From: an uncultured Deinococcaceae bacterium
GTDB lineage: Bacteria > Deinococcota > Deinococci > Deinococcales > Deinococcaceae
Assembly (NCBI GenBank): GCA_964252075.1
Contig: CAXULY010000034.1
Location: 1 to 61,113 of the forward strand
Reading direction: 5' to 3'
Length of the DNA: 61,113 nucleotides
This document shows positions 20,484 through 30,148 of this stretch, one piece after another. A model generated the notes under the pieces. The model saw only the letters and a list, made by a program, of their open reading frames with translations. It was not told the DNA's origin and did not search any database. The position numbers and the translations under genes were made by a program. The first letter of the stretch is position 1; each line of letters starts with the position of its first letter.

Positions 20484-21371
20484 TCAGGCGGGCGCGAGCA
20501 GCCGCACCTGGGGCAGCAGGGCGCGCGCCGCGTCCGCGCGGAAGTGCGTCGGGCCGCCCAGCAGGGCGTTCGCGCTGCCCGCCGCAACCGCCAGCCGCAG
20601 CGCGTCCGGCAGCGCCTCGCCCGAGTGCCGCGCGTGCAGGAACGCGCCCAGGAAGCAGTCGCCGGACCCCACGGGGTTGCGGACCATCACCTCGGGCGCC
20701 CGCGCCTCCCACACCTCGGCGCCCACGTACGCCGCGCCGGCCGCGCCGCGCGTGAGGAGCACCGCCACGCCCGTGCGGCGGTGCAGGTCCCGCGCGGCGT
20801 CCACGCTGGCGCTGCCGACCAGCGCGCTCAGCTCGTGCTCGTTCGGCTTGATGAGCGCCGCGCCCGCCTCCAAGGCGGCCGTCAGGCCCGCGCCGCTGCT
20901 GTCCACCACGGGCCGGTCGAGGCGCCGCAGGAGCGCCACGACGTCCGCGTGGGGCGTGCCGGGCGCGAGGCTGCCGCACACCGCGACCGGCCCGCGCGGC
21001 AGGCGGTCCAGCAGCCGCGCCGTGGCGTCCGGCTGGTAGGGCGGCCCCGCCTCGTTCACCTCGGTGGGGTGCGCGTCCCCGTCGGCGAGCAGGATGTGAC
21101 ACTCGCGCGTCTCCCCCTCACCGACCTCCAGCACGCCCGTGAGGCCCTCCGCGGCGAGCAGCGCCTGGAAGCGCGCGCCGCCGAAGCCGCCCACCACGCC
21201 CGCCACGCACACCGGCCCGCCGAAGGCGCGCACGGCCCGCGCGAGGTTCACGCCCTTGCCGCCCGCCGCGACCGCCACGTGCGGCGCGCGGTGCAGCTGA
21301 CCGGCGCGCACGGGTCGGTCCAGGGTCAGCACGCGGTCCAGCGAGAGGTTCGGGGTGAGCGCGACGATCAC
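20484..21371 (-). CDS. 1-phosphofructokinase-family (tagatose-6-phosphate) kinase
   Basis: TPNLSLDR, GGKGVNLAR, IKPNEHEL, NPVGSGDCFLG PfkB motifs. Confidence 0.9.
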   Translation of the reverse strand: MIVALTPNLSLDRVLTLDRPVRAGQLHRAPHVAVAAGGKGVNLARAVRAFGGPVCVAGVVGGFGGARFQALLAAEGLTGVLEVGEGETRECHILLADGDAHPTEVNEAGPPYQPDATARLLDRLPRGPVAVCGSLAPGTPHADVVALLRRLDRPVVDSSGAGLTAALEAGAALIKPNEHELSALVGSASVDAARDLHRRTGVAVLLTRGAAGAAYVGAEVWEARAPEVMVRNPVGSGDCFLGAFLHARHSGEALPDALRLAVAAGSANALLGGPTHFRADAARALLPQVRLLAPA

Positions 21372-22189
21372 GCCCGGCCCGCCGATCCCAGCAGCTGGAT
21401 GTAGTGCTCCGCTCGCGCCTGCATGGCGTCCCGGCCCGCGCCCAGGTAGCGGCGCGGGTCGGTCGCGCCGCCCGCCAGACTGGCGCGCACCGCGCCCGTG
21501 AAGGTGAGGCTCAGGTCGGTGGCGAGGTTCACCTTGCTGACGCCCAGCTGCGCGGCGCGCGTGAGCTGCGCGTCCGGCACGCCGCTCGCGCCGTGCAGCA
21601 CCAGCGGCAGGTCCGTCGCGGCGGCGAGGCGCTCCAGGCGCTCGAAGTCCAGCTGCGCGGTCTTGTCCTCCTGCTTGTGCGCGCTGCCGATGTCCACCGC
21701 GAGCAGGTCGCAGCCACTCGCGTGCGCGAAACGCCCGAGGTCCTGCGGGTCGTGGCGCTCGCCGCGCCGCTCGCCCTTCACGACCACCTCGTACTCCGCC
21801 TCGAAGTACCCGCCGCGCGCGTGCGCGGCGTCCGCGATTCGGCGGAGCGTGGCGGGGTCGTCGCCTTCCAGCATCACGCCGTCGAAACCCGCCGCGAGGG
21901 CCGCGAGGGCGTCCGCTTCACCTTCGGCGTGGTCGAAGTGCAGCAGCACCGGCACCGTCACCTCCCGCTGCAGGCTCCGGCCGAGCGCCGCGAGGGGCGT
22001 CAGCCCAGCGTGCCGCGCGGCGTTCTGCGAGAACTGCAGGATGACCGGCGCGCGCTGCGCCTGCGCCGCCCGCACCACCGCCTGCGCCGTCTCGAGGTTC
22101 ACGGCGTTGAAGGCGGCGAGCGCGTACCCGCCCGCCCGCGCCGCCCGCAGGAGGGGCGGGCCCGGCACGGACCGCGCGGCGACCGTCAC
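21368..22189 (-). CDS. class II fructose/tagatose-bisphosphate aldolase
   Basis: YALAAFN, LHFDH, IGSAH, LVLHGASG, KVNLAT. Confidence 0.92.
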   Translation of the reverse strand: MTVAARSVPGPPLLRAARAGGYALAAFNAVNLETAQAVVRAAQAQRAPVILQFSQNAARHAGLTPLAALGRSLQREVTVPVLLHFDHAEGEADALAALAAGFDGVMLEGDDPATLRRIADAAHARGGYFEAEYEVVVKGERRGERHDPQDLGRFAHASGCDLLAVDIGSAHKQEDKTAQLDFERLERLAAATDLPLVLHGASGVPDAQLTRAAQLGVSKVNLATDLSLTFTGAVRASLAGGATDPRRYLGAGRDAMQARAEHYIQLLGSAGRA

Positions 22190-23139
22190 GCGAGCGTCAC
22201 CACCTTCGTCAGCCAGCGCGGCGCCTCGGAGTTCAGGCCCTTGGACAACGCGACCTGCTCGCCAAGCAGCTGCAGGGTGGGCAGCGCCGTCAGGGCGCGC
22301 AGGTTGGCGTTCCCGCGCAGCGGGAGGTGCACGTCGCCCGGCCCGCCGAGGCCCAGCACGCGCGCGCCCTTGCTGCGCAGCTCACCCGCCAGTTGCGCCT
22401 CCTCACCCTCGGTGTCCGGGTGGTACAGCAGGACCGCCAGGGTGCGCTCGTCCACCAGGCTGATGGGGCCGTGGCGGTACTCCATGGGGTGGTACGCCTG
22501 CGTGTACGACAGGCTCATCTCCTGCAGCTTCAGCGCGCCTTCCTGCGCCACGCCGAACAGCGCGCCGCCCCCCAGGAACACGAAGTGGCTGCGGCCCGCG
22601 ATGACCGCGCCGAGCGTCGCTTCGGCGTCCTGCATGAGGGCCTGCGCGGCGGTGATGTCCGCCGCGCCGACCTGCAGGCCCGCGAGGCGCAGGCCCGCGA
22701 GCAGCATCAGGCTCGCCGATGCGGTCATCACGATGCCTTCCTCCGGGTGGGTGCGGCTGAACAGCACGGTGTCGGCGTTGTGCGCGAGGCGACTGCCCGC
22801 CTCGCAGGTGATGGCGGTGACGTGCAGCCCGGCGGCGCGGCTGCGGCGCGCGGCCTCCACCGTCTCGGTGGATTCCCCGCTGCGCGAGAAGGCCAGCACG
22901 TGCGGGCGCGCGGCGGCGGGCAGGAAGGCGTGCGGGCGGGCCAGCCACTCGCCGCCGGGCGCGGCGAGCGCGGGTACGCCCGCCTCGTTCAGGGCGGCCG
23001 CGACGCTCTGCGCGAGGTAGTAGGAGGTGCCGCACCCCACCAGCACGTGCGGCTGCGCGTCACTCAGGGTGAGGGTGGGGGCCTTGGCGGCGTCCCAGTA
23101 CGGGAACTGCTCTTTGATGCTGCGGGTGGTGGTGTTCAT
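22186..23139 (-). CDS. double-SIS sugar-phosphate isomerase/deaminase (AgaS-like)
   Basis: GCGTSYY, SRSGESTET, LKLQEMS, EYRHGP. Confidence 0.85.
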   Translation of the reverse strand: MNTTTRSIKEQFPYWDAAKAPTLTLSDAQPHVLVGCGTSYYLAQSVAAALNEAGVPALAAPGGEWLARPHAFLPAAARPHVLAFSRSGESTETVEAARRSRAAGLHVTAITCEAGSRLAHNADTVLFSRTHPEEGIVMTASASLMLLAGLRLAGLQVGAADITAAQALMQDAEATLGAVIAGRSHFVFLGGGALFGVAQEGALKLQEMSLSYTQAYHPMEYRHGPISLVDERTLAVLLYHPDTEGEEAQLAGELRSKGARVLGLGGPGDVHLPLRGNANLRALTALPTLQLLGEQVALSKGLNSEAPRWLTKVVTLA

Positions 23140-23191
23140 CAGGAGGTCCTCGCGGTCGGGCGGTCAGGGGCGGGAAGATGGGCGGCGAGCG

Positions 23192-24136
23192 TCACGGCGC
23201 GCCGACGGGCGGCGTCAGGACCGCGTTCACTCGGCGCGTCCAGGCCGCGTCTGGCTGCAGGTCGGCCTGTCGGGCGGCATGCAGGAGCGCGCCGCCCAGC
23301 GGCGGCAGGGGGGCGGGGAGGGGCGCGGCGCCCAGCTGGTCGGTCAGCGCGGCGAGCACCGTGCGGCTGTTCAGGACGCTGCCCGCCCCGCGCCAGGGGA
23401 GCTGCGGGGCGCCCAGCCGCGCGCGGGCGGCGTGCACGTGCCGCGCGAGGTGCGCGGCGGCGTCCTGCAGCAGCAGGACGGCGGTGGGCTGCCCGCTGGC
23501 CGCGAGGGCGTCCACGCGCCGCGCGAGGGACGCCACCGCCGATCGCGCGTGCCGCTGCGCGAAATACCACGCCAGCACGCCCGTCTGGTCCGGCGGGGCG
23601 CCCAGCAGGGGCTCCAGCAGCGCGCGCGCGAAGTCGCGGTCCGGGTGGCGGCCGTCAAGCGCCTGACTCGCGACGCCCAGCGCGCATCGCCCGATATGAT
23701 GGGCGCTGCCCTCGTCACCGAAGCCGTCGCCCCAGCCGCCCACGCGCACCTGCCGCGCGCCGTCGCGCGCCCACGCCATCGAGCCGGTGCCGGCCAGCAG
23801 CAGCACGCCCGGTCCGTCCGGGAAGGCGCCCTCGAAGGCGGCCTGCACGTCGTTCAGGATGCTGAGTGGCGCGCGGATCAGGTCGCGGCTCAGCTGCTCC
23901 TGGCGGGCGCTGACCTCCGGCGACTCGCCGTACCCCGGCAGGCCGAGCGTGGCGTGCGCGAGCGGCCCGGGCGCCGGGTGCGCGCGCAGGAACGCCGTGA
24001 GGTCCGCCGCCCAGGCGGGCTGGTCGAAGGGGTTCACGCCCGTGGTGTGGTACGGCCCGACCACCTCCCCGGCCGCGCTGGCGTACGCCAGCGCGGTCTT
24101 GCTGCCGCCCCCGTCCAGGCCCAGCACCCACGTCAC
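23192..24136 (-). CDS. BadF/BadG/BcrA/BcrD-type amino-sugar kinase
   Basis: GLDGGGSKT, ND, AGTGS, GGWG..FGDEGS. Confidence 0.9.
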   Translation of the reverse strand: MTWVLGLDGGGSKTALAYASAAGEVVGPYHTTGVNPFDQPAWAADLTAFLRAHPAPGPLAHATLGLPGYGESPEVSARQEQLSRDLIRAPLSILNDVQAAFEGAFPDGPGVLLLAGTGSMAWARDGARQVRVGGWGDGFGDEGSAHHIGRCALGVASQALDGRHPDRDFARALLEPLLGAPPDQTGVLAWYFAQRHARSAVASLARRVDALAASGQPTAVLLLQDAAAHLARHVHAARARLGAPQLPWRGAGSVLNSRTVLAALTDQLGAAPLPAPLPPLGGALLHAARQADLQPDAAWTRRVNAVLTPPVGAP

Positions 24137-24188
24137 GCGCGCGCCTCCTCCGTGTGCCCGGGGCGTTCCGGGCGGGTTCCGGCGGTCA

Positions 24189-25436
24189 TCACTTGCTCTG
24201 CTTCAGCAGGTCGGTCATGCCCGCCTGCGCCTGCGTGATGGCGTCCGGCAGCTTCAGGTTGTTCGTCCACGCGAGGTTCAGCTTCTGGTTCAGCACCGTC
24301 AGCACCTCCGGGAGGTTGCTGAGGGACCGCAGGCTCGCGTTGATCACCACCGAGTTGGGCAGCTGCGCGAACACCGTTTGCGCGTTGCGGCCCGGCAGCG
24401 CCTGCAGGTACTGGCTCTTGTACTGCTCCGCCAGGGTGGGCAGCAGGCCGCGCTGCGCCAGCATGCGCTGCGCCTGCGGGCTGGTGTTCATCCAGGTGAT
24501 GAAGGTCTGCGCGGGCGCCTTGTTGCGGCTGCCCGCCGGAATGACCAGCGCGTGCGCGCTCACGACAGGGCGGGGCTTCAGGCCGTTCATGGTGGGGAAC
24601 GGCGCGAAGGCCCAGTCGAGGTCCTTGTTCTGGTCCCAGGTGGACACCATCCAGCTGCCCTGCACCAGGATGCCCATCTGGCCCGCCAGGAAGATCTGGT
24701 AGCCCTGCTGGCTGCTCGCCTGCGGGCCGGGCGCCACCTTGTCCTTGTAGATCAGGTCGAGGAGCTGCTGCGCGGTCTTCTGGAAGACCGGGTCGAGGTT
24801 CGGGCTGTACGTGCTGCCGGTCTTCCTGATGAGGCCCTGGCCGCCCGCGCCGTAGTAGAAGCTCATGCCGTACTCCAGGTCCGCCTGCAGGTCCGCGCCG
24901 TTGATGCCGTAGATCTGCTGGCCGCCTTTGGTGAAGGTCAGTTTCTTCGCGGCGTCCAGCATCTGGTTGAAGGTCCAGCTGCCGGTCGGGATGGGCACGC
25001 CGCGCTCCTTGAACAGCGCGCGGTTGATGTACACCGTGACGGGCTGCGGGCCGAGCGGCACGCCGTACAGCTGCCCGCCCACCCGGTACGGCGCGGTGCG
25101 CGTGGTGGGGAGCGCCGCGGCGGTCTTGGCGTCCAGCGTGATGGGCGCGAGCGCGCCCTGCGACTGGTAGAAGGGGAAGTTGTCGAGGTTCATCCACATG
25201 ACGTCGTAGGTGCTGCCGCCCGCGACCATCGCGGCGGCCTTCTGCCAGTACACGCCCCACGGCACGAGGTTGTACTTCACCTGGACGTCCGGTTGGGAGG
25301 CGTTGAAGGCCGCGATGAGCGCCTCGTCCGCCTGCTGCCGGGTGCCGTCCCAGGTGGCGTACTGCAGGGTGGTGGCGGCGCTCGCGGCGCCGGCGAGGCC
25401 GAGGGCGGCCAGCACGAACAGGGACTTCACGGTCAT
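24189..25436 (-). CDS. sugar ABC transporter substrate-binding protein
   Basis: GGAGG RBS; signal peptide MTVKSLFVLAALGLAG; GQLYGVP, YINRALF, FLAGQMG. Confidence 0.9.
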   Translation of the reverse strand: MTVKSLFVLAALGLAGAASAATTLQYATWDGTRQQADEALIAAFNASQPDVQVKYNLVPWGVYWQKAAAMVAGGSTYDVMWMNLDNFPFYQSQGALAPITLDAKTAAALPTTRTAPYRVGGQLYGVPLGPQPVTVYINRALFKERGVPIPTGSWTFNQMLDAAKKLTFTKGGQQIYGINGADLQADLEYGMSFYYGAGGQGLIRKTGSTYSPNLDPVFQKTAQQLLDLIYKDKVAPGPQASSQQGYQIFLAGQMGILVQGSWMVSTWDQNKDLDWAFAPFPTMNGLKPRPVVSAHALVIPAGSRNKAPAQTFITWMNTSPQAQRMLAQRGLLPTLAEQYKSQYLQALPGRNAQTVFAQLPNSVVINASLRSLSNLPEVLTVLNQKLNLAWTNNLKLPDAITQAQAGMTDLLKQSK

Positions 25437-25498
25437 AAGTACCTCCAGGGGTCGGGAATGCGGCGAAAGGGCAGGAGCGCGGTGCGGGTTGGGGGCGC

Positions 25499-26374
25499 TC
25501 AGCCTTTGAGGCCGCTGGTGATGGCGGCGTCCGTCAGGTGGCGCTGCACGAACAGGTAGGCGATCACGGTGGGGAGGGTGGAGAGCGTCGCGCCCGCCAT
25601 CAGCACCGGGACGTTCACGGAGTACTGGTTCTGCAGGCTCAGCAGGCCCACGGGGAGCAGCATCTTCTCGCTGGACTGCAGCACGATCAGCGGCCAGATG
25701 AACGACTGCCAGTTCCCCAGGAAGCTGAAGAGCCACGCGGCGGCGAGCGCGCCGCGCGCGGCGGGCAGCGCGACGTGCCGCAGCGCCGTGAACCACGAGC
25801 CGCCGTCCATCAGCACGCTCTCCTCAAGGGACCTGGGCAGCGAGCGGAAGAACTGGTACAGCAGGAACACCGTGAAGCCACTCGCGATGCTCGGCACGAT
25901 GAGCGCGGCGTAGCTGTCGTACCAGCCGAGCGTGCGCACCAGCAGGAACACCGGGATGATGGTCACCTGCCAGGGAATCAGCAGGGACAGCAGGTGCGAA
26001 CCGAACCACAGGCCCTGCCCGGGGAAGCGCAGTCGTGTGAAGGCGTACGCGGCGGGCGCCGCCGTCAGGATGTTCAGGCAGGCGATCAGGCTGGACGTCC
26101 AGAAGCTGTTCAGGAACATCCGCCCGAACGGGATGGTCTGGAAGAGCTGCGTGAAGTTCGCCCAGCTCCAGTGCGCGGGGAGCCACACGGGCGGCCAGCG
26201 GTACGCCTCGGCTGGCGTCTTGAAGCCCGTGAGGATCATCCACGCGAAGGGCAGCAGGATCACCAGCGCGCCGAGCGTCAGGAAGGCGATCAGGGCCGCC
26301 TGGCTGCCCTGCGCGCGCACGCGCAGCACCTGATCGCGAGGCGTGAGGGCCGGCGCGGGCTCAGACCTGGTCAT
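25499..26374 (-). CDS. carbohydrate ABC transporter permease
   Basis: LPRSLEESVLMDG EAA-like loop; multiple TM segments. Confidence 0.92.
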   Translation of the reverse strand: MTRSEPAPALTPRDQVLRVRAQGSQAALIAFLTLGALVILLPFAWMILTGFKTPAEAYRWPPVWLPAHWSWANFTQLFQTIPFGRMFLNSFWTSSLIACLNILTAAPAAYAFTRLRFPGQGLWFGSHLLSLLIPWQVTIIPVFLLVRTLGWYDSYAALIVPSIASGFTVFLLYQFFRSLPRSLEESVLMDGGSWFTALRHVALPAARGALAAAWLFSFLGNWQSFIWPLIVLQSSEKMLLPVGLLSLQNQYSVNVPVLMAGATLSTLPTVIAYLFVQRHLTDAAITSGLKG

Positions 26375-27299
26375 AGTTCACCCACTTCGTCTGGCTGCGC
26401 CACTGCAGCACCATCAGCACGATCAGGATCACGGAGAGCAGCCACGCGAGCGCCGCGGCGTACCCCATCTTGAAGAAACTGAACGCCGTCTTGTAGATGT
26501 ACAGCGCCGCCGTGGTGCTGCTGTCGCCCGGCCCGCCGTTCGACAGCACCAGCACCGCCTCGAACACCTGCAGCGCCCCGATCACGCTCAGCACCAGCAC
26601 CAGGAACACGGTCGGGCTGACCATCGGCAGCGTGATGCGGAAGAAGGCGTCAATGGGCCGCGCGCCGTCCAGCTGCGCCGCCTCGTACAGGTCCTTCGGG
26701 ACGCTCGCGAGGCTCGCGAGGAACAAGATGATGCCCTGGCCGCTGCCCTGCCACACGCTGAACACCGCCACGGCGGGCAGCACCCACTCGGGCGAACCCA
26801 GCCAGTTCGGGCCGTGAATGCCCAGCCACCCCAGGATCAGGTTGACGAGGCCCTGCGGGGCGAGCAGCACCTGCCACAGCAACGCCACCGCCACGCCGAT
26901 GGTGACCATCGGCAGGTAGTACACGGTGCGGAACACGCTGCGCAGCCACGCGACGCGCACGTTGTGCACCAGCACCGCGAGCAGCAGGGAGAGCGCCACG
27001 CCGGACGGCACTGCCAGCGTCACGTACAGCAGCGTGTGCGTGAGCGCGCTCACCGCGCGGGGGTCCGTGAGGGCCGCGCGGTAGTTCTGCAGGCCCACGA
27101 AGTGCGGGGCGCTCAGCCCACCCCAGTCCGTCAGGGAGATGCCGAGGGACGCGAGGATCGGCAGCACCGCGAACACCAGGACGCACAGCGTGGACGGCAG
27201 CATCAGCAGGGTGGCCAGCAGCGCCTCCTGGCGCCGCATGGCGGACGCGCGGCGGCGCGCGCGGACCGGCAGGGTCGCCAGGGCCGTGGAGCGCTGCAC
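26361..27299 (-). CDS. carbohydrate ABC transporter permease
   Basis: FVGLQNY; LYEAAQLDGA; ITLPMVSP; MGYAAA. Confidence 0.92.
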   Translation of the reverse strand: MQRSTALATLPVRARRRASAMRRQEALLATLLMLPSTLCVLVFAVLPILASLGISLTDWGGLSAPHFVGLQNYRAALTDPRAVSALTHTLLYVTLAVPSGVALSLLLAVLVHNVRVAWLRSVFRTVYYLPMVTIGVAVALLWQVLLAPQGLVNLILGWLGIHGPNWLGSPEWVLPAVAVFSVWQGSGQGIILFLASLASVPKDLYEAAQLDGARPIDAFFRITLPMVSPTVFLVLVLSVIGALQVFEAVLVLSNGGPGDSSTTAALYIYKTAFSFFKMGYAAALAWLLSVILIVLMVLQWRSQTKWVNYDQV

Positions 27300-27340
27300 G
27301 CCTCACCCCCTCCAGACGGACGCGCGCGCGCCTCGGGGCG

Positions 27341-28819
27341 TCACGGGTTCGCCTCGTTCAGCTGGTCCAGGTTGATGGTGGACACGAACGGCACGAAGCC
27401 GAAGGACCGCGCCCGCTGGTACGTGCGCGAGATGAGGTCCGTCTGGGTGGGCAGCGCGTAATCCAGCGCCAGCACCTTCAGGCCGCGGTCGGAGACGGCC
27501 TGCACGAAGCTCGGGTCGCCGTCCACGGCGCCGTAGCGTCTGGTCTTGAAGTCGTAGGTGCTGGAGAAGCTCTCGAACATTACCGCGTCGATGCTGGGCG
27601 CCGTCTGGTTGAGCAGCGAGAAGCCGCGGTTCTGCACGAGCACCGCGTCCGGGTGCCGCGCGCGCAGGTCCTGCACGATCTGCACGAGGCCGCCCGCCGT
27701 CTTGGGGTACGCGTCGGCGGTGTCGAGCGTGTCGAGGAACAGCCCGTCGTACCCGGCCTTCAGCAGCGCGTCCGCCCGCTCCTCAACGAGGGCCCGCCAG
27801 CCGGGCTGCGACGCGTCCATGAAGCTCGACCCCCAGTTGGCGTTCTTGCCCAGCACCCACGCGGGGTCCACGCGGGCGGCGTCCGGGTCCTTCGGGTCGA
27901 GCTCACCGATCGTCAGGTACGCCACCGCCCGCGTGCCGTTCTCGTGCAGGGCGCGCAACTGCGCGGCGTCCAGCGTGCCGGGCTGCACGATGGCGAGGTC
28001 GTAATGGCTGAGTTTCTCCACGTCCGCCGCCGCGCGGCCGTAGTACACGGCGTACGAGCCGATGTCGGACAGGCGGCTGTGCAGCGGCGCGGCGGTCGCC
28101 ACCGTGCCCAGCCGGGCGGTGATGCCCTGGGCGAGCGCGGCGGGCTCCTGCACCGCGTCGGTGAACGCCAGGTACCCGTAATTGCCCGGCGAGTTGAAGT
28201 CCCCGCCGATCGGCCAGATCGGGAACTCTGCGGCCTTCTGGTGCTCGCGGCCCACCTTCAGCGACCAAACGTCCCCCGCCTTCACGGCGGGCAGGGTGGC
28301 GGTGTTCAGCGGTAGCGCGAGCTCCAGCACCCAGCGCTGGTCCTCGATGCGCCCCACGCTCTGGTAATCGGTGGTCGCCGTGTACGCCTTGAAGCGCGTG
28401 CCCGCCGGGTTCACTGCGAAGTGCAGGTCAGTGGGCTTCGCCGCGAAAGCGTCCGGGCGCACGAAGAGCTCCATCGCGTCGTCGTTCCACCACTCGGGCG
28501 CGGCGGCGTCCAGCTTCGCCAGGACGGTGTCCTTCGCCTGATCGAACACCCCCAGCAGGTACAGGTTTTGGTCGTCGAAGGCCACGCTGTAATACCCGCG
28601 GTGCGTGACGGGCACGCTCGGCACGCCGTTGCTGAGCACCACCGGGTACTGCGGCAGGCCGTCCCACTGCGTCAGGTCTCCACCAATCTGAATGGTGCGG
28701 CGCACCGCCTGCGCGACGCGAACGTCCGGCACGCCCGCGTTGCTCGGCGTGGCCTGCGCGTGCGCCGCGGGGGCGCTGAGGAGGGCGAGGGCCAGCCAGC
28801 GCCATGCGGGGCGCGTCAC
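27341..28819 (-). CDS. secreted CBM9/DOMON-like domain fused to a PelA-hydrolase/GH166-GH114-like domain
   Basis: GTG start overlaps the DeoR stop; N-domain IGGDLTQW...FDDQNLYL...DDAMELF...FAVNPAG; C-domain AYLTIGE, YDGLFLDTLD, QNRGF, VMFES, VLALDY. Confidence 0.8.
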   Translation of the reverse strand: MTRPAWRWLALALLSAPAAHAQATPSNAGVPDVRVAQAVRRTIQIGGDLTQWDGLPQYPVVLSNGVPSVPVTHRGYYSVAFDDQNLYLLGVFDQAKDTVLAKLDAAAPEWWNDDAMELFVRPDAFAAKPTDLHFAVNPAGTRFKAYTATTDYQSVGRIEDQRWVLELALPLNTATLPAVKAGDVWSLKVGREHQKAAEFPIWPIGGDFNSPGNYGYLAFTDAVQEPAALAQGITARLGTVATAAPLHSRLSDIGSYAVYYGRAAADVEKLSHYDLAIVQPGTLDAAQLRALHENGTRAVAYLTIGELDPKDPDAARVDPAWVLGKNANWGSSFMDASQPGWRALVEERADALLKAGYDGLFLDTLDTADAYPKTAGGLVQIVQDLRARHPDAVLVQNRGFSLLNQTAPSIDAVMFESFSSTYDFKTRRYGAVDGDPSFVQAVSDRGLKVLALDYALPTQTDLISRTYQRARSFGFVPFVSTINLDQLNEANP

Positions 28820-29595
28820 CGCGCCCGCCCGACGGTCGCGAGGGTGGTGGTGACGTTCAGGTCCGTTAAACGCGCTTTCCATGTGCCCTCCAGCTGGTCA
28901 TCGGTGATGAGGTGGTGCACCGCCTGAATGGGCGCGACGGAGTACGGCGCGCCGCCCTGGAATTTGCTGGAGTCCGCCAGCACGATCACCTGCGACGAGC
29001 GCCCGATCATGGCGCGGTTCAGGCTGGCTTCCGCGGGGTGCAGGGTGTACATCTGCGCGTCGGCGCGGACCGCGCTCGTGCCGAGGTACAGCTGATCGAA
29101 CCAGAACTCGTTCAGGAGGCGCTCCGCGTACGGCCCGACGGTGGAGAGGTTCTCGTCACGCAGCTGCCCGCCCAGCAGGTTCACGGCGACGTCCGTGGTG
29201 TTCACGAGTTCCTGCGCGACCGCGAGGCCGTTCGTGAAGACCGTCAGCGGCAGCGGCTCGAGGCGCAGGCGCCGGGCGAGTTGCAGCACGGTGGTGCCCG
29301 CGTCCAGGAAGACGGTGGTGTGCGGCCTGAGCAGCGGGTACGCGGCTTCCGCGATGGCGCGCTTAGCGTCCAGGCCCTCCTGCTCACGCAACTGGAAGGC
29401 CACCTCGCGCCCGGCCGCTTCCGCGAGTCGGGCGCCGCCATGGGTGCGCGTGATGAGGCCTTCTTCTTCGAGGCGCTGCAGGTCGCGGCGGATGGTCACG
29501 ATGGACGCGCCGGTGGCTTCCGCGAGTTCCTGCACGTGCGCGAAGCCCTTGGCGTACAGGTGCTGCTGAATCTGGCTGATGCGGTCGAGTTGCAC
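28816..29595 (-). CDS. DeoR/GlpR-family transcriptional regulator
   Basis: GGAGGTG RBS before the GTG; SIVTIRRDLQRLE, RTHGGA, FLDAGTT, LADSSKF. Confidence 0.93.
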   Translation of the reverse strand: MQLDRISQIQQHLYAKGFAHVQELAEATGASIVTIRRDLQRLEEEGLITRTHGGARLAEAAGREVAFQLREQEGLDAKRAIAEAAYPLLRPHTTVFLDAGTTVLQLARRLRLEPLPLTVFTNGLAVAQELVNTTDVAVNLLGGQLRDENLSTVGPYAERLLNEFWFDQLYLGTSAVRADAQMYTLHPAEASLNRAMIGRSSQVIVLADSSKFQGGAPYSVAPIQAVHHLITDDQLEGTWKARLTDLNVTTTLATVGRAR

Positions 29596-29675
29596 ATCAC
29601 CTCCCTGATGGTCGCGCGGCATGCGCCGCGGCCACCCCATACCGATCTTGATGGCGCAACAGTAGCACGCCAAGC

Positions 29676-29712
29676 GATCAAACTCAAACCAAAGAATGAT
29701 CGATCATGATCG
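29676..29712 (-). promoter_or_regulatory. candidate DeoR operator region
   Basis: AT-richer patch with repeated GATC and the palindrome ATGATCGATCAT upstream of a TACTGT -10-like box. Confidence 0.3.
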
Positions 29713-30148
29713 GGAGTGGACGTGTGACTTCGCAAGAGAAGAACCATTCCGCTTGCCGCGTTCAGTCGTCACACGCAGCAACGGAGCGGAAGAGGTCACA
29801 CCCTAAGGAGGGGTGCTGGCAATGCTGACCAAGCGGGAATTCAACAGCAGAAGCATGGATTCGTGTCCGCGTATCACCGTCCGATCCAGACGTTCTTGCC
29901 GGCGTCCGCCGTGGAAAATCCCGGACGACGCGCGATCCAATCATCGAGCTGCGAGTCTGACCATTGTCCTAGTGGCGTGGTGCCCTGACGGCCTCGCGTC
30001 GCGCCCAAGCGACTCCCCGACTGCGACCAACACCGTCAAAATCGGGCTGACTACCAAAGGCGTCGCAGCGTTGGTGGGCGGCCCACCCTGCACGGTCTGT
30101 GCGCGGGCAGGGCGGTCGAGGGTCGTGCCTTGAGCGCACCCAGGGCCC

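Noticed and set aside
19585..28819. Locus read as Pel exopolysaccharide biosynthesis
   Set aside because: No glycosyltransferase (PelF), flippase (PelG) or PelD/E genes; context is uptake and catabolism.
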